A stretch of DNA of 63,024 nt from assembly GCA_005223125.1 (NCBI GenBank), contig NJBH01000021.1, forward strand, positions 1-63,024, in the 5' to 3' direction. The notes under the pieces were generated by a model that had not been told where the DNA came from, ran no database searches, and saw only the letters and a list, made by a program, of their open reading frames with translations. Of the stretch, positions 1-10,398 are shown one piece after another. Numbering within the stretch: the stretch's first letter is position 1; each line of letters starts with the position of its first letter. The translations under genes were made by a program, and so were the position numbers. Source of the DNA: Promethearchaeota archaeon Loki_b32 (GTDB lineage Archaea > Asgardarchaeota > Lokiarchaeia > Sigyniarchaeales > SOKP01).

Positions 1-969
1 ACCTAATTCTTCTGCTTTATTTTGTAGAAAAATCTTGTCTAACTGTTTAACTTTCTCTTCAAGTTCTATTTCTGTGTTAGCTTCTACTGTGTAAAACATT
101 GTACCCCTTTTTCTCTTTAAGTTTTCCCATAAAGGAAAAATTCCTTTTTCTGTGCCTACCCTTACTAATAAATCCATAAAATACATCGAATCGTAAACAT
201 CAATCCCTTTAAGCCTAAATTCAGTAAAAATTTTTGCTGATATTTCTTCAGATTTTCGAGGCATAAGAAATGTTTTATAATTCGCAAATGGAGGTTTTGG
301 AAAAACTTGTAATGATACTTGGGTTTTCACTCCAAAAATTCCGTTATCACCGCAAAAAAGACTTGCGAAGTCAGGACCGTTTCCGAATCTATTAAACGGC
401 AATTTTGAATATTTATTTGCTTGCGAACCTGTTTCAATTATTTCCCCAGTAGGTAGAACGACCTCTAAAGAAACTAATTGATTCGTACATGACCCATATT
501 TAGCACATCCCCCACCTCCAACTGATTGATGAGAGATACCGCCTCCAACTGAAGCTGTCAGTCCGGATCCAGGACCTAAACATCCTGTATATAATCCGAA
601 ATTGCATAAATAATCGTTTAATTTACCCCACGATATGCCTGCTTCGACGGTAACAATAAGATTTTCTTGGTCTAGATTAAGTACGTTGTTCATTCCCTTT
701 AAGTCCAAGACAATTCCACTATCACCAATGGGTTTGCTGCCACCAAATTCACAGTCACCACCTCCACGGGATATAACAGCTATATTTTCATCGTTAGCAA
801 CTTTAAGAATTTCAGAAACTTCTCGAGCATCCGTTGGTCTTATAACGATATCTGGAACCCCTTGTAATACGGGATCTACAGTCCTCGAATAAGCGTGTCT
901 TATATATAGATTATCTGAAATGCAATTTTTTGATACAATCTTTTCAAGTTTTTGATATAATTCTGACAA
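1..969 (-). CDS. FAD-binding oxidoreductase (GlcD/D-lactate dehydrogenase-like), 3' end outside the window
   Basis: Not in the ORF track. Open minus frame from TTG at 969 reads MSELYQKLEKIVSKNCISDNLYIRHAYSRTVDPVLQGVPDIVIRP...GDNGIFGVKT, a close paralog of 2857..4371. Confidence 0.9.
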   Translation of the reverse strand, partial: MSELYQKLEKIVSKNCISDNLYIRHAYSRTVDPVLQGVPDIVIRPTDAREVSEILKVANDENIAVISRGGGDCEFGGSKPIGDSGIVLDLKGMNNVLNLDQENLIVTVEAGISWGKLNDYLCNFGLYTGCLGPGSGLTASVGGGISHQSVGGGGCAKYGSCTNQLVSLEVVLPTGEIIETGSQANKYSKLPFNRFGNGPDFASLFCGDNGIFGVKTQVSLQVFPKPPFANYKTFLMPRKSEEISAKIFTEFRLKGIDVYDSMYFMDLLVRVGTEKGIFPLWENLKRKRGTMFYTVEANTEIELEEKVKQLDKIFLQNKAEELG

Positions 970-1008
970 GTCTTAAATCCTTTTAATTATGGATTAAAAT
1001 AATATATA

Positions 1009-1635
1009 ATGGAAAGCTTCCAATATATAATAATTACTTATGGCATTAGAAAATTGGAATTGAGTAGAAAATATCTGACTATTACCTTTGCAGTAATAAT
1101 CTTAATAGTTCCATTATTTTTTGGCATTTACACTGAATTCCTCATCGTTAATGATTTTTCTCTTTTTAATCTGGTATATTTACTTATAGGGTTTGTATTC
1201 CTTTTGGGTTTAGGAAAAGCGATGGAACATTTTATGTACAAAGGGGCAAGCAAAGAAACTATGAAACATCACGATGTAATTAACGCTCTATTGAATAAAG
1301 ATGGTAAAACCATCTTATTTGTTTTTTTTCCTCTAACTATGATAATGGAAGAATTCATCTTTCGCTATTATCTCATGGGACTATTATTATTCCAGCTAAA
1401 GTTAGGCTTAATCTTAGTAATTTTAATTTCGAGCGTGGTTTTTTCTCTCTATCATTTACATATCTGGTTTAAATTCAAAAATTTAAAAATCTTGATATCT
1501 TATCTCATATCCTCATTTCTATTAGCAATCTATAACGGATATCTTCTTATTACGCTCGGAATATTTGTGTGTATCATAGTTCATACTATTTTAGTATTTA
1601 TCTTATATTACAATTTTTACAAAAAACTTTCTTAA
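1009..1635 (+). CDS. CPBP/CAAX-family intramembrane glutamic protease
   Basis: Multi-TM protein with EEFIFR, FSLYH and C-terminal H motifs; paralog of 4835..5560. Confidence 0.85.
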   Translation: MESFQYIIITYGIRKLELSRKYLTITFAVIILIVPLFFGIYTEFLIVNDFSLFNLVYLLIGFVFLLGLGKAMEHFMYKGASKETMKHHDVINALLNKDGKTILFVFFPLTMIMEEFIFRYYLMGLLLFQLKLGLILVILISSVVFSLYHLHIWFKFKNLKILISYLISSFLLAIYNGYLLITLGIFVCIIVHTILVFILYYNFYKKLS

Positions 1636-1687
1636 TATTCTCTGATTATTGTTTCTATAATTAGGTTATTTATTATTAATTGAAATC

Positions 1688-2560
1688 ATGAAATTATATT
1701 TCCGAGATTTAACAAAAAAAGATATTCCGGCAATCTTAGACATCAGCAAAGATATATGGGAAGGTGATGATTATATTCCTGATGTTATAGAGAGATGGTT
1801 AAATGAAAAAGACAAATTGGCTTACGGTGCTTTTCTTGAAGAAGAAATGAAGGAATTAATTGGACTTGGAAGAGTAAAAATGTTTCCTAATGGAGTAGCT
1901 TGGTTAGAGGGTGGTCGAGTGAAGATAACTCATCAAAAGCAAGGAATTGGACGTGATTTGATGAAATATGCTATTGATTACTCAATTCAAGTAGGTGCAA
2001 AGATCGCTCAATACGATACATCCTCTAGAAACTTTGGTTCGAAATCTCTAGCAAAATTCCACGGATTTAAAGAGAAAAAAAGGATGGAAGTCTTAGAGTG
2101 TGATGTTAACAAGTTAAAGCTAAAAGAGTACAAGTTCTCTGATATACGAGAAATCTCTAATGAAGAAGCAAAAAAAGTTTATCAAAGAATGGATATTGGT
2201 CCTGGAGATGAAATAAATATCGGATGGTCGTATATTCCATTATCAAGTTTAGAAGACAAAAATTCTGTATGGTTAACAAATTCTCAAGCAATTTTGCAAA
2301 AAAGAGACATGGGAAGTCGTGACCTTCCTGAAAAACCGAGTGAAAGAGAAATATGGATAATAGTCTATGGGACTCCCGAAGCAATCCTTGATCTAATATC
2401 TTATACACTAAGCTTCGAAATTGATAAAAATGAAATTGATGTAGTTGAGCTTTACTGTAAGGCTGAAGTAGTAAAGTATGTAAAAGAATTAGGGTTTGAA
2501 GATCCCTCTTGGGAAGAAGAACCCGTAGCTGTAGTTCTTTATGAAAAAAAATTGACTTAA
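1688..2560 (+). CDS. GNAT-family N-acetyltransferase
   Basis: WLEGGRV..HQKQGIG acetyl-CoA-binding motif A; paralog of 7360..8226. Confidence 0.85.
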   Translation: MKLYFRDLTKKDIPAILDISKDIWEGDDYIPDVIERWLNEKDKLAYGAFLEEEMKELIGLGRVKMFPNGVAWLEGGRVKITHQKQGIGRDLMKYAIDYSIQVGAKIAQYDTSSRNFGSKSLAKFHGFKEKKRMEVLECDVNKLKLKEYKFSDIREISNEEAKKVYQRMDIGPGDEINIGWSYIPLSSLEDKNSVWLTNSQAILQKRDMGSRDLPEKPSEREIWIIVYGTPEAILDLISYTLSFEIDKNEIDVVELYCKAEVVKYVKELGFEDPSWEEEPVAVVLYEKKLT

Positions 2561-2589
2561 AATACTGATTGATAAATAAAAAAAGGAAA

Positions 2590-2799
2590 TTACATCTTTC
2601 TTAAAGCTTTTTTATCGACTTTGCCTACTGCCGTAAGAGGCAGCTCTTTTAGAAATTCAATGAATTTAGGAACTTTATACTTTGCTAAATTGTCTTGAGC
2701 ATATTTTAGTATGTCTGCTTTCACTTCTTCTGAAGCGTGGTAACCTTCTTTAAGCAGCACATACAATTTAACTATTTCTGAACCTGGACGATCTGCGTC
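2590..2799 (-). pseudogene. C-terminal remnant of an acyl-CoA ligase
   Basis: Minus frame reads DADRPGSEIVKLYVLLKEGYHASEEVKADILKYAQDNLAKYKVPKFIEFLKELPLTAVGKVDKKALRKM*, matching the C-terminus of 5452..7182; no start codon. Confidence 0.9.
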
Positions 2800-2854
2800 C
2801 CATGCAACTCATAATAGCCTTCCATTCTTTTTTTAAGTTTTTTAACTTGCTCAT
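2800..2854 (-). pseudogene. Probable N-terminal stub of a GlcF/HdrD-like Fe-S protein
   Basis: ATG 2 nt after the oxidoreductase stop; MSKLKNLKKEWKAIMSCMG resembles the start of 22417..23841 (LEELKKDIYRCIHC), then joins the ligase remnant out of frame. Confidence 0.55.
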
Positions 2855-2856
2855 TC

Positions 2857-4371
2857 TTATTTTTCACCCCAAAAGTTGAATTTTCCTCTACTTAAAATCA
2901 TTTTAGGATCTAATATTTTTTTAATTGATTTCATTAAATTATAATATTCTTCTGAATAAGCACCAATATCTACCATTAAACGCGACATAAAATCTCCCAT
3001 CATATACCATTGCACACCAGCCTCAGTAACTCTTTTTAATAATGATTCCCATAGCTTTTGATTTATATCATCTATAAATTTATGAACTTCTCCATTGTAA
3101 TAACTCCAGAAACTTGTAAATCCACATGTTATTTCCACATTATTGCCATCTATAAGCAAAACAGGACCACTTCCTGCTATAGAACGGATTTTGGTAATTT
3201 CAAATATTTTTCGTATATCCTCATTGTGTTCCATGTCCCATTGATCAATGTCATTTAATATAGCGGGATATTGATTTATGGGAGCAAAGCATTCTGCTGT
3301 TAATGGTTGCATTGATGGAAATATTCCCCAAAGATTATGATAAAATTGATAATTTCCCTCTGTATATTGCCATTTGCCAAGATTTCCATCAGAAATTTCA
3401 GGACCTAAAAACTCAGCTTTATTATTTAACATAATTTCATCTAATTGTTTGACTTTCTCATCTAATTCTGCTTCTGTGTTAGCTTCTATTGTGTAAAAAA
3501 TGACACCTCTCTTTTTCTTTAAATGTTGCCATAATGGCATGAAATTCTCTTCTATTCCATATCTTACAATAAGATCCATTATATACATCGTATCATAAAC
3601 ATCAATTCCTTTTTGTCTGATTTCAGTCATGATTTTAGCAGAGATTTCTCTTTCTTTACGTGGTAATTGGAATGTTTTATATTCTGCGAATTCTGGTTTT
3701 GGAAACACTTGTAGAGAAACTTTTGTCTTTACACCAAAGATACCATTATCCCCACAAAATAGACCTGCTAAATCAGGACCGTTACCAAATCTGTTGAATG
3801 GAAATTTTGAATATACGTTTGCTTGAGATCCTGTTTCAATGATCTCTCCAGTTGGTAAAACAACTTCTAATGAAACTAACTGATTAGTACAAACTCCATA
3901 TTTAGCACATCCACCGCCACCTACTGAATGATGAGAGATACCTCCACCTATAGACGCACTCATACCAGAACCGGGTCCCATGCAACCAGTATAAAGACCA
4001 TAATGGCAAAGATATTCATTTAATTTTCCCCAAGAAATTCCTGCTTCGACAGTTACTATAAGATTTTCCTCATCTAAATTCAGAATATTGTTCATTCTTT
4101 TCAAATATAATACAATTCCATTATCTCCAATTGGTTTACTTCCTCCAAACTCACAAATACCAGCTCCACGTGGAATAACAGCAATATTTTCTTCATTAGC
4201 AACTTTTAGAATTTCTGAGATTTCTTCTGCATCCTTTGGTCTTATTACAATATCTGGAACACCTTGTAAAACAAGATCTACATTTCGAGAATAAGCGTGA
4301 CGAACATAAATATCATTAGAAATATATTTATCAGTAACAATCTTCTCTAATTTATTATATAAATCTGACAT
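2857..4371 (-). CDS. FAD-binding oxidoreductase (GlcD-like)
   Basis: PDIVIRP, RGAG, VEAG, GDNGIFGV and C-terminal LDPKMILSRGK motifs. Confidence 0.9.
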   Translation of the reverse strand: MSDLYNKLEKIVTDKYISNDIYVRHAYSRNVDLVLQGVPDIVIRPKDAEEISEILKVANEENIAVIPRGAGICEFGGSKPIGDNGIVLYLKRMNNILNLDEENLIVTVEAGISWGKLNEYLCHYGLYTGCMGPGSGMSASIGGGISHHSVGGGGCAKYGVCTNQLVSLEVVLPTGEIIETGSQANVYSKFPFNRFGNGPDLAGLFCGDNGIFGVKTKVSLQVFPKPEFAEYKTFQLPRKEREISAKIMTEIRQKGIDVYDTMYIMDLIVRYGIEENFMPLWQHLKKKRGVIFYTIEANTEAELDEKVKQLDEIMLNNKAEFLGPEISDGNLGKWQYTEGNYQFYHNLWGIFPSMQPLTAECFAPINQYPAILNDIDQWDMEHNEDIRKIFEITKIRSIAGSGPVLLIDGNNVEITCGFTSFWSYYNGEVHKFIDDINQKLWESLLKRVTEAGVQWYMMGDFMSRLMVDIGAYSEEYYNLMKSIKKILDPKMILSRGKFNFWGEK

Positions 4372-4515
4372 TTCAGTAATATCCCATTATTTTTATATTA
4401 GAACAATTTATAATAGACACGTTTTATTACTTAAATATATTTCAAACTAAATTAATGTTAAATCTTTGAAGCAGTAACACAGATTCTAATAATAAGAAAG
4501 AGAAGGGTGTAAAAT

Positions 4516-4800
4516 ATCTATTATAGAGGTTACATACTAATTCGCTTAAAGGCAATTGGTACCGAGTGGAAAGTTGTGGAAAAATTAACTAATTTAAAAT
4601 CTATTGAACCAGATGAGGATTGGAAAATAACATATGCTACTCCGATTTATGGTGGTTGGGATGTAATCGTAGAGTGTTCCTTCTCTAAATTAAGAGATAT
4701 AGACAAAATAGTCACTTACTGTAGAGTAGATAAAGATTTATCTCAATGGATAGAGGAAACAACTACACTTATGGGCTCTAAAAATGATTATTCCGGTTAG
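4516..4800 (+). CDS. Small Lrp/AsnC ligand-binding-domain-like protein
   Basis: YGGWDVIVE and ETTT motifs. The frame stays open upstream of the called GTG at 4576 (YYRGYILIRL) back to ATC at 4516; start uncertain. Confidence 0.65.
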   Translation: MYYRGYILIRLKAIGTEWKVVEKLTNLKSIEPDEDWKITYATPIYGGWDVIVECSFSKLRDIDKIVTYCRVDKDLSQWIEETTTLMGSKNDYSG

Positions 4801-4834
4801 ACTACTCTTAATTAATGATTAGGTTTATTAAATT

Positions 4835-5560
4835 GTGATAAACATCAAGAAATACATTATCATTTGCATTATAACAATAATACTAACTATTCCAAAATTT
4901 TTCCGTGTTTTTATTGAATACTTTTTGATAAGTGTAATCAATTTAGTTTCAATCGTAATTTTAGTTTTTGGTATATCCAGTCTTCTGCTTATAGGAATTT
5001 TAATAGAAGTTTTTGCTTATAATAATCATCTTTTTGAAATAATACAAAATCACGATGTAATAAATGCTTTAATTCATAAGAATAATAGATTAATTGTATG
5101 GATTTTCTTTTCAATCACAATGATAATGGAAGAATTAATTTTCCGATATTATTCTATCAGTATTTTAAATTCATATTTGAATTCACAATATTTCTTAATC
5201 ATCCTTATTTCAAGTATAACTTTCTCTCTTTATCATATCCATATCTGGTTTTCTTTTAAGAATTTAAAAATACTGTTCATCAATCTGATTCATCCATTCT
5301 TAATGGGATTATATCTTGGATTTATTTTTTTTTCTCTTGGGTTTATTTCATGTGTTATTGCTCATTATACTATAGCCTTTTTTATGCATTACAACCTTTA
5401 TAGACGATATTATAAGAACCAAACCAAGAATAAAATTTTAAAAAAAAAAAATTATTTATTTCTCAAAAGTTTTTTATCTACCTTTCCAATAGAGGTTAGT
5501 GGCATTTCCTTTAGGATTTCGATGAATTTTGGAATTTTATATTTAGCTAGGTTTTCTTGA
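4835..5560 (+). CDS. CPBP/CAAX-family intramembrane protease
   Basis: EELIFR and FSLYH motifs; the 3' end runs through an A-tract and overlaps the ligase by about 110 nt, so the true stop may be earlier. Confidence 0.8.
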   Translation: MINIKKYIIICIITIILTIPKFFRVFIEYFLISVINLVSIVILVFGISSLLLIGILIEVFAYNNHLFEIIQNHDVINALIHKNNRLIVWIFFSITMIMEELIFRYYSISILNSYLNSQYFLIILISSITFSLYHIHIWFSFKNLKILFINLIHPFLMGLYLGFIFFSLGFISCVIAHYTIAFFMHYNLYRRYYKNQTKNKILKKKNYLFLKSFLSTFPIEVSGISFRISMNFGILYLARFS

Positions 5561-7182
5561 GCAAATTTTAGAATATCTGCTTTAATTTCTTCAGAGGGTT
5601 TATATCCCTCTTTTAATAATACGTATAATTTAACCATTTCAGAGCCGGGACGATCTGGATCGGGGATACCTACAGATGAACAGAGTTCAATTGCGGGATG
5701 TTTATTCATTTTATCATCTACTTCAACACTAAATACTTTATACCCACTAACAATAATCATATCTTTTGTACGGTCTACAATAGTAATATAACCATCCTCA
5801 TCCATTATACCAACATCTCCAGAATAGAACCACCCATCTTGAAGCGCATTTTCTGTTTCCTTAGGTTTATTCCAATAGCCTTTAAAAGTTTGAGGTCCTC
5901 TTATTACAATTTCACCAGGTTCTCCTATAGGAACTTCCCGGGTTCTATCAGAAACATCTACAAGTTTAACTTCTGTGTTTGGAAAAGGGACACCAACAGT
6001 TCCAATTTTTTTAGGTCCGAGAAAAGGATTCATCGTAACTCCTGGGCTATTCTCAGTCATTCCATAAGCTTCTATAACTTTTCCTTTACCAACTACCTCT
6101 TCAAATTCTTTGATATTTTCTGTAGGAAAAGGAGCTGCTCCAGAAATGTAACCTTGAACATCACTTAAATTTAATTTTTTAAACCTTCGATTTTTTAATA
6201 GAAGAAGATAGAGCGTAGGTACATTATAAAAAAGTGAAATTTTATCCTCATATTCTTTTATTTTACTTATCATATAATTTGTATCTCTCGGATCTGGAAC
6301 TAAAATTTGTGTAGCTCCTAAAAAGGTAGTTTGAAGGCAAAATTGAAGCCCAGCTAAATGAAAAAAAGGGAATCCAGAGATATATACCGCATTTCCAGGA
6401 TTCACACCTGGCTCAAACCAATGTTCTATTATTTGTAATAAAGATATTACGTTTCTATGAGTTAATATTGCTCCTTTGGGGGGTCCAGTTGTTCCACCAG
6501 TATATTGTAGTAATAATACATCATCAGGATCTATTACAACATCTGGTGGTTTTTCATTTGAATATTTTTCTAAAATTTCATTATAAGTATAATATTTTAA
6601 TCCATCAAGAGGATCAACTTTTCCAACAGGAACTTTTCCAATCTTAATTAGTTGTTCTTTCATTGCAGGTTCCAGATCTAATACATCCGATACATTAGTA
6701 GTAATGACAATCTTTACCTCAGTTGTACCTGTTTGTAATGCCTTTCGAACTTTTTCTTCATAAAATGAATCCAGAGTAATAATGGCTTTTGCTCCGCAAT
6801 CTTTTAGTTGATATACTATTTCATTTGGTTGCAAAAGAAAATTCACCCCTGTAACAGCACATCCCGCGTAAAATGTACCAAACATTGCTACAATAAATTG
6901 AGGAACATTCGGTAAATTTATAGCAACTCTATCACCTTTTTGTAATCCGTTCTCAATAAGGCAATTTGCAAAACTAGTAACATATTTTTCAGTTTCTTGG
7001 AAGGTTGCTCGTGAACCTTGAAAATCATAACATAAACTATCAGGAAATTTATTTACAATCCTTCTAAACATTTCAGCTAAGGAATAAACTTCAATATCGA
7101 TCTCGGGTTTTACATGTTTATCAAACGATTTTAACCAAATTTTTTCTGAATAAGGACTATTTTCCATCATTTTTTCTGTCAT
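5452..7182 (-). CDS. fadD: Long-chain fatty-acid--CoA ligase
   Basis: YTGGTTGPPKG AMP-binding motif, YGMTE, SGD..DEDGY..IVDRTKD, GKVDK. Confidence 0.9.
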   Translation of the reverse strand: MTEKMMENSPYSEKIWLKSFDKHVKPEIDIEVYSLAEMFRRIVNKFPDSLCYDFQGSRATFQETEKYVTSFANCLIENGLQKGDRVAINLPNVPQFIVAMFGTFYAGCAVTGVNFLLQPNEIVYQLKDCGAKAIITLDSFYEEKVRKALQTGTTEVKIVITTNVSDVLDLEPAMKEQLIKIGKVPVGKVDPLDGLKYYTYNEILEKYSNEKPPDVVIDPDDVLLLQYTGGTTGPPKGAILTHRNVISLLQIIEHWFEPGVNPGNAVYISGFPFFHLAGLQFCLQTTFLGATQILVPDPRDTNYMISKIKEYEDKISLFYNVPTLYLLLLKNRRFKKLNLSDVQGYISGAAPFPTENIKEFEEVVGKGKVIEAYGMTENSPGVTMNPFLGPKKIGTVGVPFPNTEVKLVDVSDRTREVPIGEPGEIVIRGPQTFKGYWNKPKETENALQDGWFYSGDVGIMDEDGYITIVDRTKDMIIVSGYKVFSVEVDDKMNKHPAIELCSSVGIPDPDRPGSEMVKLYVLLKEGYKPSEEIKADILKFAQENLAKYKIPKFIEILKEMPLTSIGKVDKKLLRNK

Positions 7183-7359
7183 TTTTGATCAAATTAGAAT
7201 TTTTTTAGTCAGATTTAATTAGTTTTAATAGTATTCTTATTGTCAGATCTATATTTAAAATTAATTATATATTTTTAGAGTGAATATCATAAAAGATAAA
7301 TTTTACAATGGGTATTAATTTACTAAAATTAATTGTTTAACGATTTTGAAAGAATTAGC

Positions 7360-8226
7360 ATGAAAGTTTATTTCCGTGAATTAACGAGTGAAGACATCCC
7401 CGCTATTAAAGATATTAGTAAAGATATTTGGGAAGGAGATGATTATATTCCATATGTTATCCAAGAGTGGTTACAAGAGAAAAATTGTATGAATTATGGA
7501 ACTTTTAATGATGAAAAAAAAACCGAATTAATCGGATTTGGAAGAGTGAAATTATATAATAAGGATATTGCTTGGTTAGAAGGAGGAAGAATAAAAGTAT
7601 CATTTCAGGGTCAAGGTATTGGTAAATTACAGCTAGGTTATGCAGTAGAATATGCTAAAAAAGTAGGAGCAAAAATCGCTCAATATGATACGTCATCAGG
7701 TAATTTCGCATCAATATCATTGGCTAAATATTTCGGTTTTACACGGAAAAAATGTATGGATCTTGTTATTGCAAATTCTGAAGATATTAAAATAACTAAG
7801 AATATAACTCCGAAGTTTGAAGAACTTTTTGCTAAAGATGTAAGAGAGCTCTACAAGGATTTTGACATTGGCACTGGAGATGAAATTTGTATTGGTTGGT
7901 CATTTATTCCACTAAAATATATTACTGACGAACATGGAACATGGATACATAATAAAGATGCGATCTTACAAAAAATGGAGTTTAAAAGATCTCATAAGTA
8001 TGAGTTTCCAACAGAACAAGAAGTTTGGATGATTGTTTATGGAAAACCTGAAGCAGCAAGTAATTTAATTAAATACACAATTCAAAAAGAGCTTGATACC
8101 AAAAAATCCAAATCTTTCGAAATTTTTTGTAATTCTAATGTCGTCAAGCTCATAAGTGAAATTGGATTTAAGTATCATGAAAATAAACGTTTTGGTGTAA
8201 TATTATTTGAAAAATTCTTAACTTAA
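7360..8226 (+). CDS. GNAT-family N-acetyltransferase
   Basis: WLEGGRI..FQGQGIG; ATG at 7360 (MKVYFREL) aligns with the paralog start MKLYFRDL. Confidence 0.85.
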   Translation: MKVYFRELTSEDIPAIKDISKDIWEGDDYIPYVIQEWLQEKNCMNYGTFNDEKKTELIGFGRVKLYNKDIAWLEGGRIKVSFQGQGIGKLQLGYAVEYAKKVGAKIAQYDTSSGNFASISLAKYFGFTRKKCMDLVIANSEDIKITKNITPKFEELFAKDVRELYKDFDIGTGDEICIGWSFIPLKYITDEHGTWIHNKDAILQKMEFKRSHKYEFPTEQEVWMIVYGKPEAASNLIKYTIQKELDTKKSKSFEIFCNSNVVKLISEIGFKYHENKRFGVILFEKFLT

Positions 8227-8325
8227 ATTACTTTACACTCATTCTTTATATATCTCATCTAATAAATAATAAAAATTGATGTATCCTCGAAAAGCCTTTA
8301 GAAAAAAAAATGAAAAAAAAAATTA

Positions 8326-8859
8326 TTAACTTTCGATACTCATTTGGTAGTCTTGAGTTTTCTTGTTTCCACAATGGATACAAAAAGCGACTCCTCTGTC
8401 TGAAAGGGTTTGAAGCATTGAATCTGTAAATTTATTACCACACTCATTACAAAAAGTTACTTCAGGCTGAACAATTTGTACGGTTTTTTGAATTGGAACA
8501 ATTGGCTCTTCTTCTTGTTTAACTTGTCTAACTTGAGGTGAGGCTTGTTGTACTGGTACTTGCTGTATCACGACAACTTGATTTTTTTCCGGTTTTGGTT
8601 TTCCTGAAATCGCGTAATATAATCCTTCAAATATCTTATAAAAGAGTAAACCAATTCCTTTCAAAAGATAATAAACACCTTTCAGTATATAGTAAACTAA
8701 ATAACCAACACCTTTCAAAATGTAATAAACTAAAATTACAGCGAGTGTTAACACCGCAAAAACTCCTATCAATACAAGAACTTGTGCGTAAATTGGCTGT
8801 ACTAAAAACCAATTAACAATTTCTTGCCAGGTGATACCAATAAAATATAAATCATCCAT
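8326..8859 (-). CDS. Membrane protein with C-terminal zinc ribbon
   Basis: Hydrophobic N-terminus with repeated VYYILKG, Q/P/V linker, CNECG...CIHCG. Confidence 0.7.
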   Translation of the reverse strand: MDDLYFIGITWQEIVNWFLVQPIYAQVLVLIGVFAVLTLAVILVYYILKGVGYLVYYILKGVYYLLKGIGLLFYKIFEGLYYAISGKPKPEKNQVVVIQQVPVQQASPQVRQVKQEEEPIVPIQKTVQIVQPEVTFCNECGNKFTDSMLQTLSDRGVAFCIHCGNKKTQDYQMSIES

Positions 8860-9003
8860 TATTTTATCACTCCAATATTTTATTTTTACTTAATTCAAAG
8901 GAGACTTAAATCAAATTAAAAAAATTTGGAGTCCAGTTTTTGAAATCGTAGTAAAAAAAAAGTAATAAATATTACTCATAAGTTTGTGTTTAATTTATTC
9001 AGG

Positions 9004-10398
9004 TTATTTCATTTTTCCAAACTCATACATCATTTTAAATGCTTTCATAGCGTGTTTTATTCTGCTCATTATTGGAATCTTAACTTCTGAATTAGATGAA
9101 GAGGCTGCTTTTCTTAGAAACTCAAATGTCCACCTGGAGCCATAACATACGCACACGCATGGCTTATTAAAGTTTTTCGTTAATTCTTTAATGAGATCAA
9201 ATTGTTGTATAGCCCATTGTGTTGCCATCGAACCCATCATTTGGAGTGGCCATCTAGGAACTGAAAAAATATATAAAATGCAATCTACATTTTTATCCCT
9301 AAAAATAGCATTAGCAGTTTTATCAAATGTCTGAAATATTGAAGGTCCTAAATCAATAGTACCTCTAATTGAAACCCAATTAGGAATTACTGATTTAATA
9401 AGAGAAATCGTGTTTTCACTTAGACTCGCAAGATTTAAATTTTGTTTTTCAATCTCATCACATGCTAAAGCCCCTAAACTACCAGAACCCGTAATAATAG
9501 CTACATTCTTCCCTTTAGGTATAGGTTGAGTAGCAAAAACATGGGCAATATTAAACATTTCATAGAAGTTATTAACTCGAAAGACTCTTGGATTCTGTTT
9601 AATGACAGCTTCATAAATTTTGTTGTTTCCCGCTATAGATCCCGTATGACTGTTAACTGCTTTTGAACCAATTTCACTTTTTCCATTTTTTAGTATTAAA
9701 ACAGGTTTTTCCATGTTCTTAAGTGTTGATATAAAATCTTTTCCTCGTTTCGTACCTTCTAAATAAAGTGTAATGATTTTGGTTTTAGGATCTTTATTCA
9801 AATAATTAAGAAGATCTACCTCATCAACATCTACTTTATTTCCTATTGTAATAGTTTTGGAAAATCCTATTCCTTTATCATGAGCCCAATCAATAAAGAT
9901 GTTTCCAAGGACACCTGATTGAGCAATAACAGCAATCTTTCCTTTAACCGCTTTATCAAAATCCATATCTGCTGATGAGAATTTATTATTAAAATCAGTC
10001 ACTCCTATACAATTTGGACCAATAATTCGGACTTGTGTCTCTTGTGCAATTTTTTCTATTTCATTTTGAATTCTAATATATTTTTCTACTCCTGTCTCAG
10101 AAAAACCTGCAGACTCTATAATTATACCTTTTACGCCTTTTTCAACACAATCTTTAACAGCTTGAAGTACGTGTTCATTTCCAACTAGTAGTATTGCTAG
10201 TTCAATTTCTTCAGGAATATCTTTTATGTTTTTATAGGTTTTATGACCATGTATTTCTTGTTTCTTGATGTTAATTGGATATGTTTTAAATTCTGATTCT
10301 AATAAATATTTCGTTGTGGCATATCCAAATTTAAAACTATCTGAAGCTCCAATTATTGCTACTGATTTAGGATTAAAAAAAACATTAAGTTCTTTCAT
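9004..10398 (-). CDS. ADP-forming acyl-CoA synthetase alpha subunit / CoA-binding protein
   Basis: FFNPKSVAIIGAS, GPNCIG, QSG, SHTGSIAG with the phospho-His. Confidence 0.9.
   Translation of the reverse strand: MKELNVFFNPKSVAIIGASDSFKFGYATTKYLLESEFKTYPINIKKQEIHGHKTYKNIKDIPEEIELAILLVGNEHVLQAVKDCVEKGVKGIIIESAGFSETGVEKYIRIQNEIEKIAQETQVRIIGPNCIGVTDFNNKFSSADMDFDKAVKGKIAVIAQSGVLGNIFIDWAHDKGIGFSKTITIGNKVDVDEVDLLNYLNKDPKTKIITLYLEGTKRGKDFISTLKNMEKPVLILKNGKSEIGSKAVNSHTGSIAGNNKIYEAVIKQNPRVFRVNNFYEMFNIAHVFATQPIPKGKNVAIITGSGSLGALACDEIEKQNLNLASLSENTISLIKSVIPNWVSIRGTIDLGPSIFQTFDKTANAIFRDKNVDCILYIFSVPRWPLQMMGSMATQWAIQQFDLIKELTKNFNKPCVCVCYGSRWTFEFLRKAASSSNSEVKIPIMSRIKHAMKAFKMMYEFGKMK

Noticed and set aside
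635-892. Short ORFs antisense to or overlapping long genes (e.g. 635, 3629, 4088, 5698, 11855, 23349, 37060, 52214, 59885)
   Set aside because: Shadows of well-supported genes; similarity between 635..892 and 4088..4294 only reflects the duplicated oxidoreductase on the other strand
4455-4520. Possible intron supplying an ATG to the Lrp/AsnC-like gene
   Set aside because: AUCU/AGAU pairing has no inner stem and the spliced product still hits a stop
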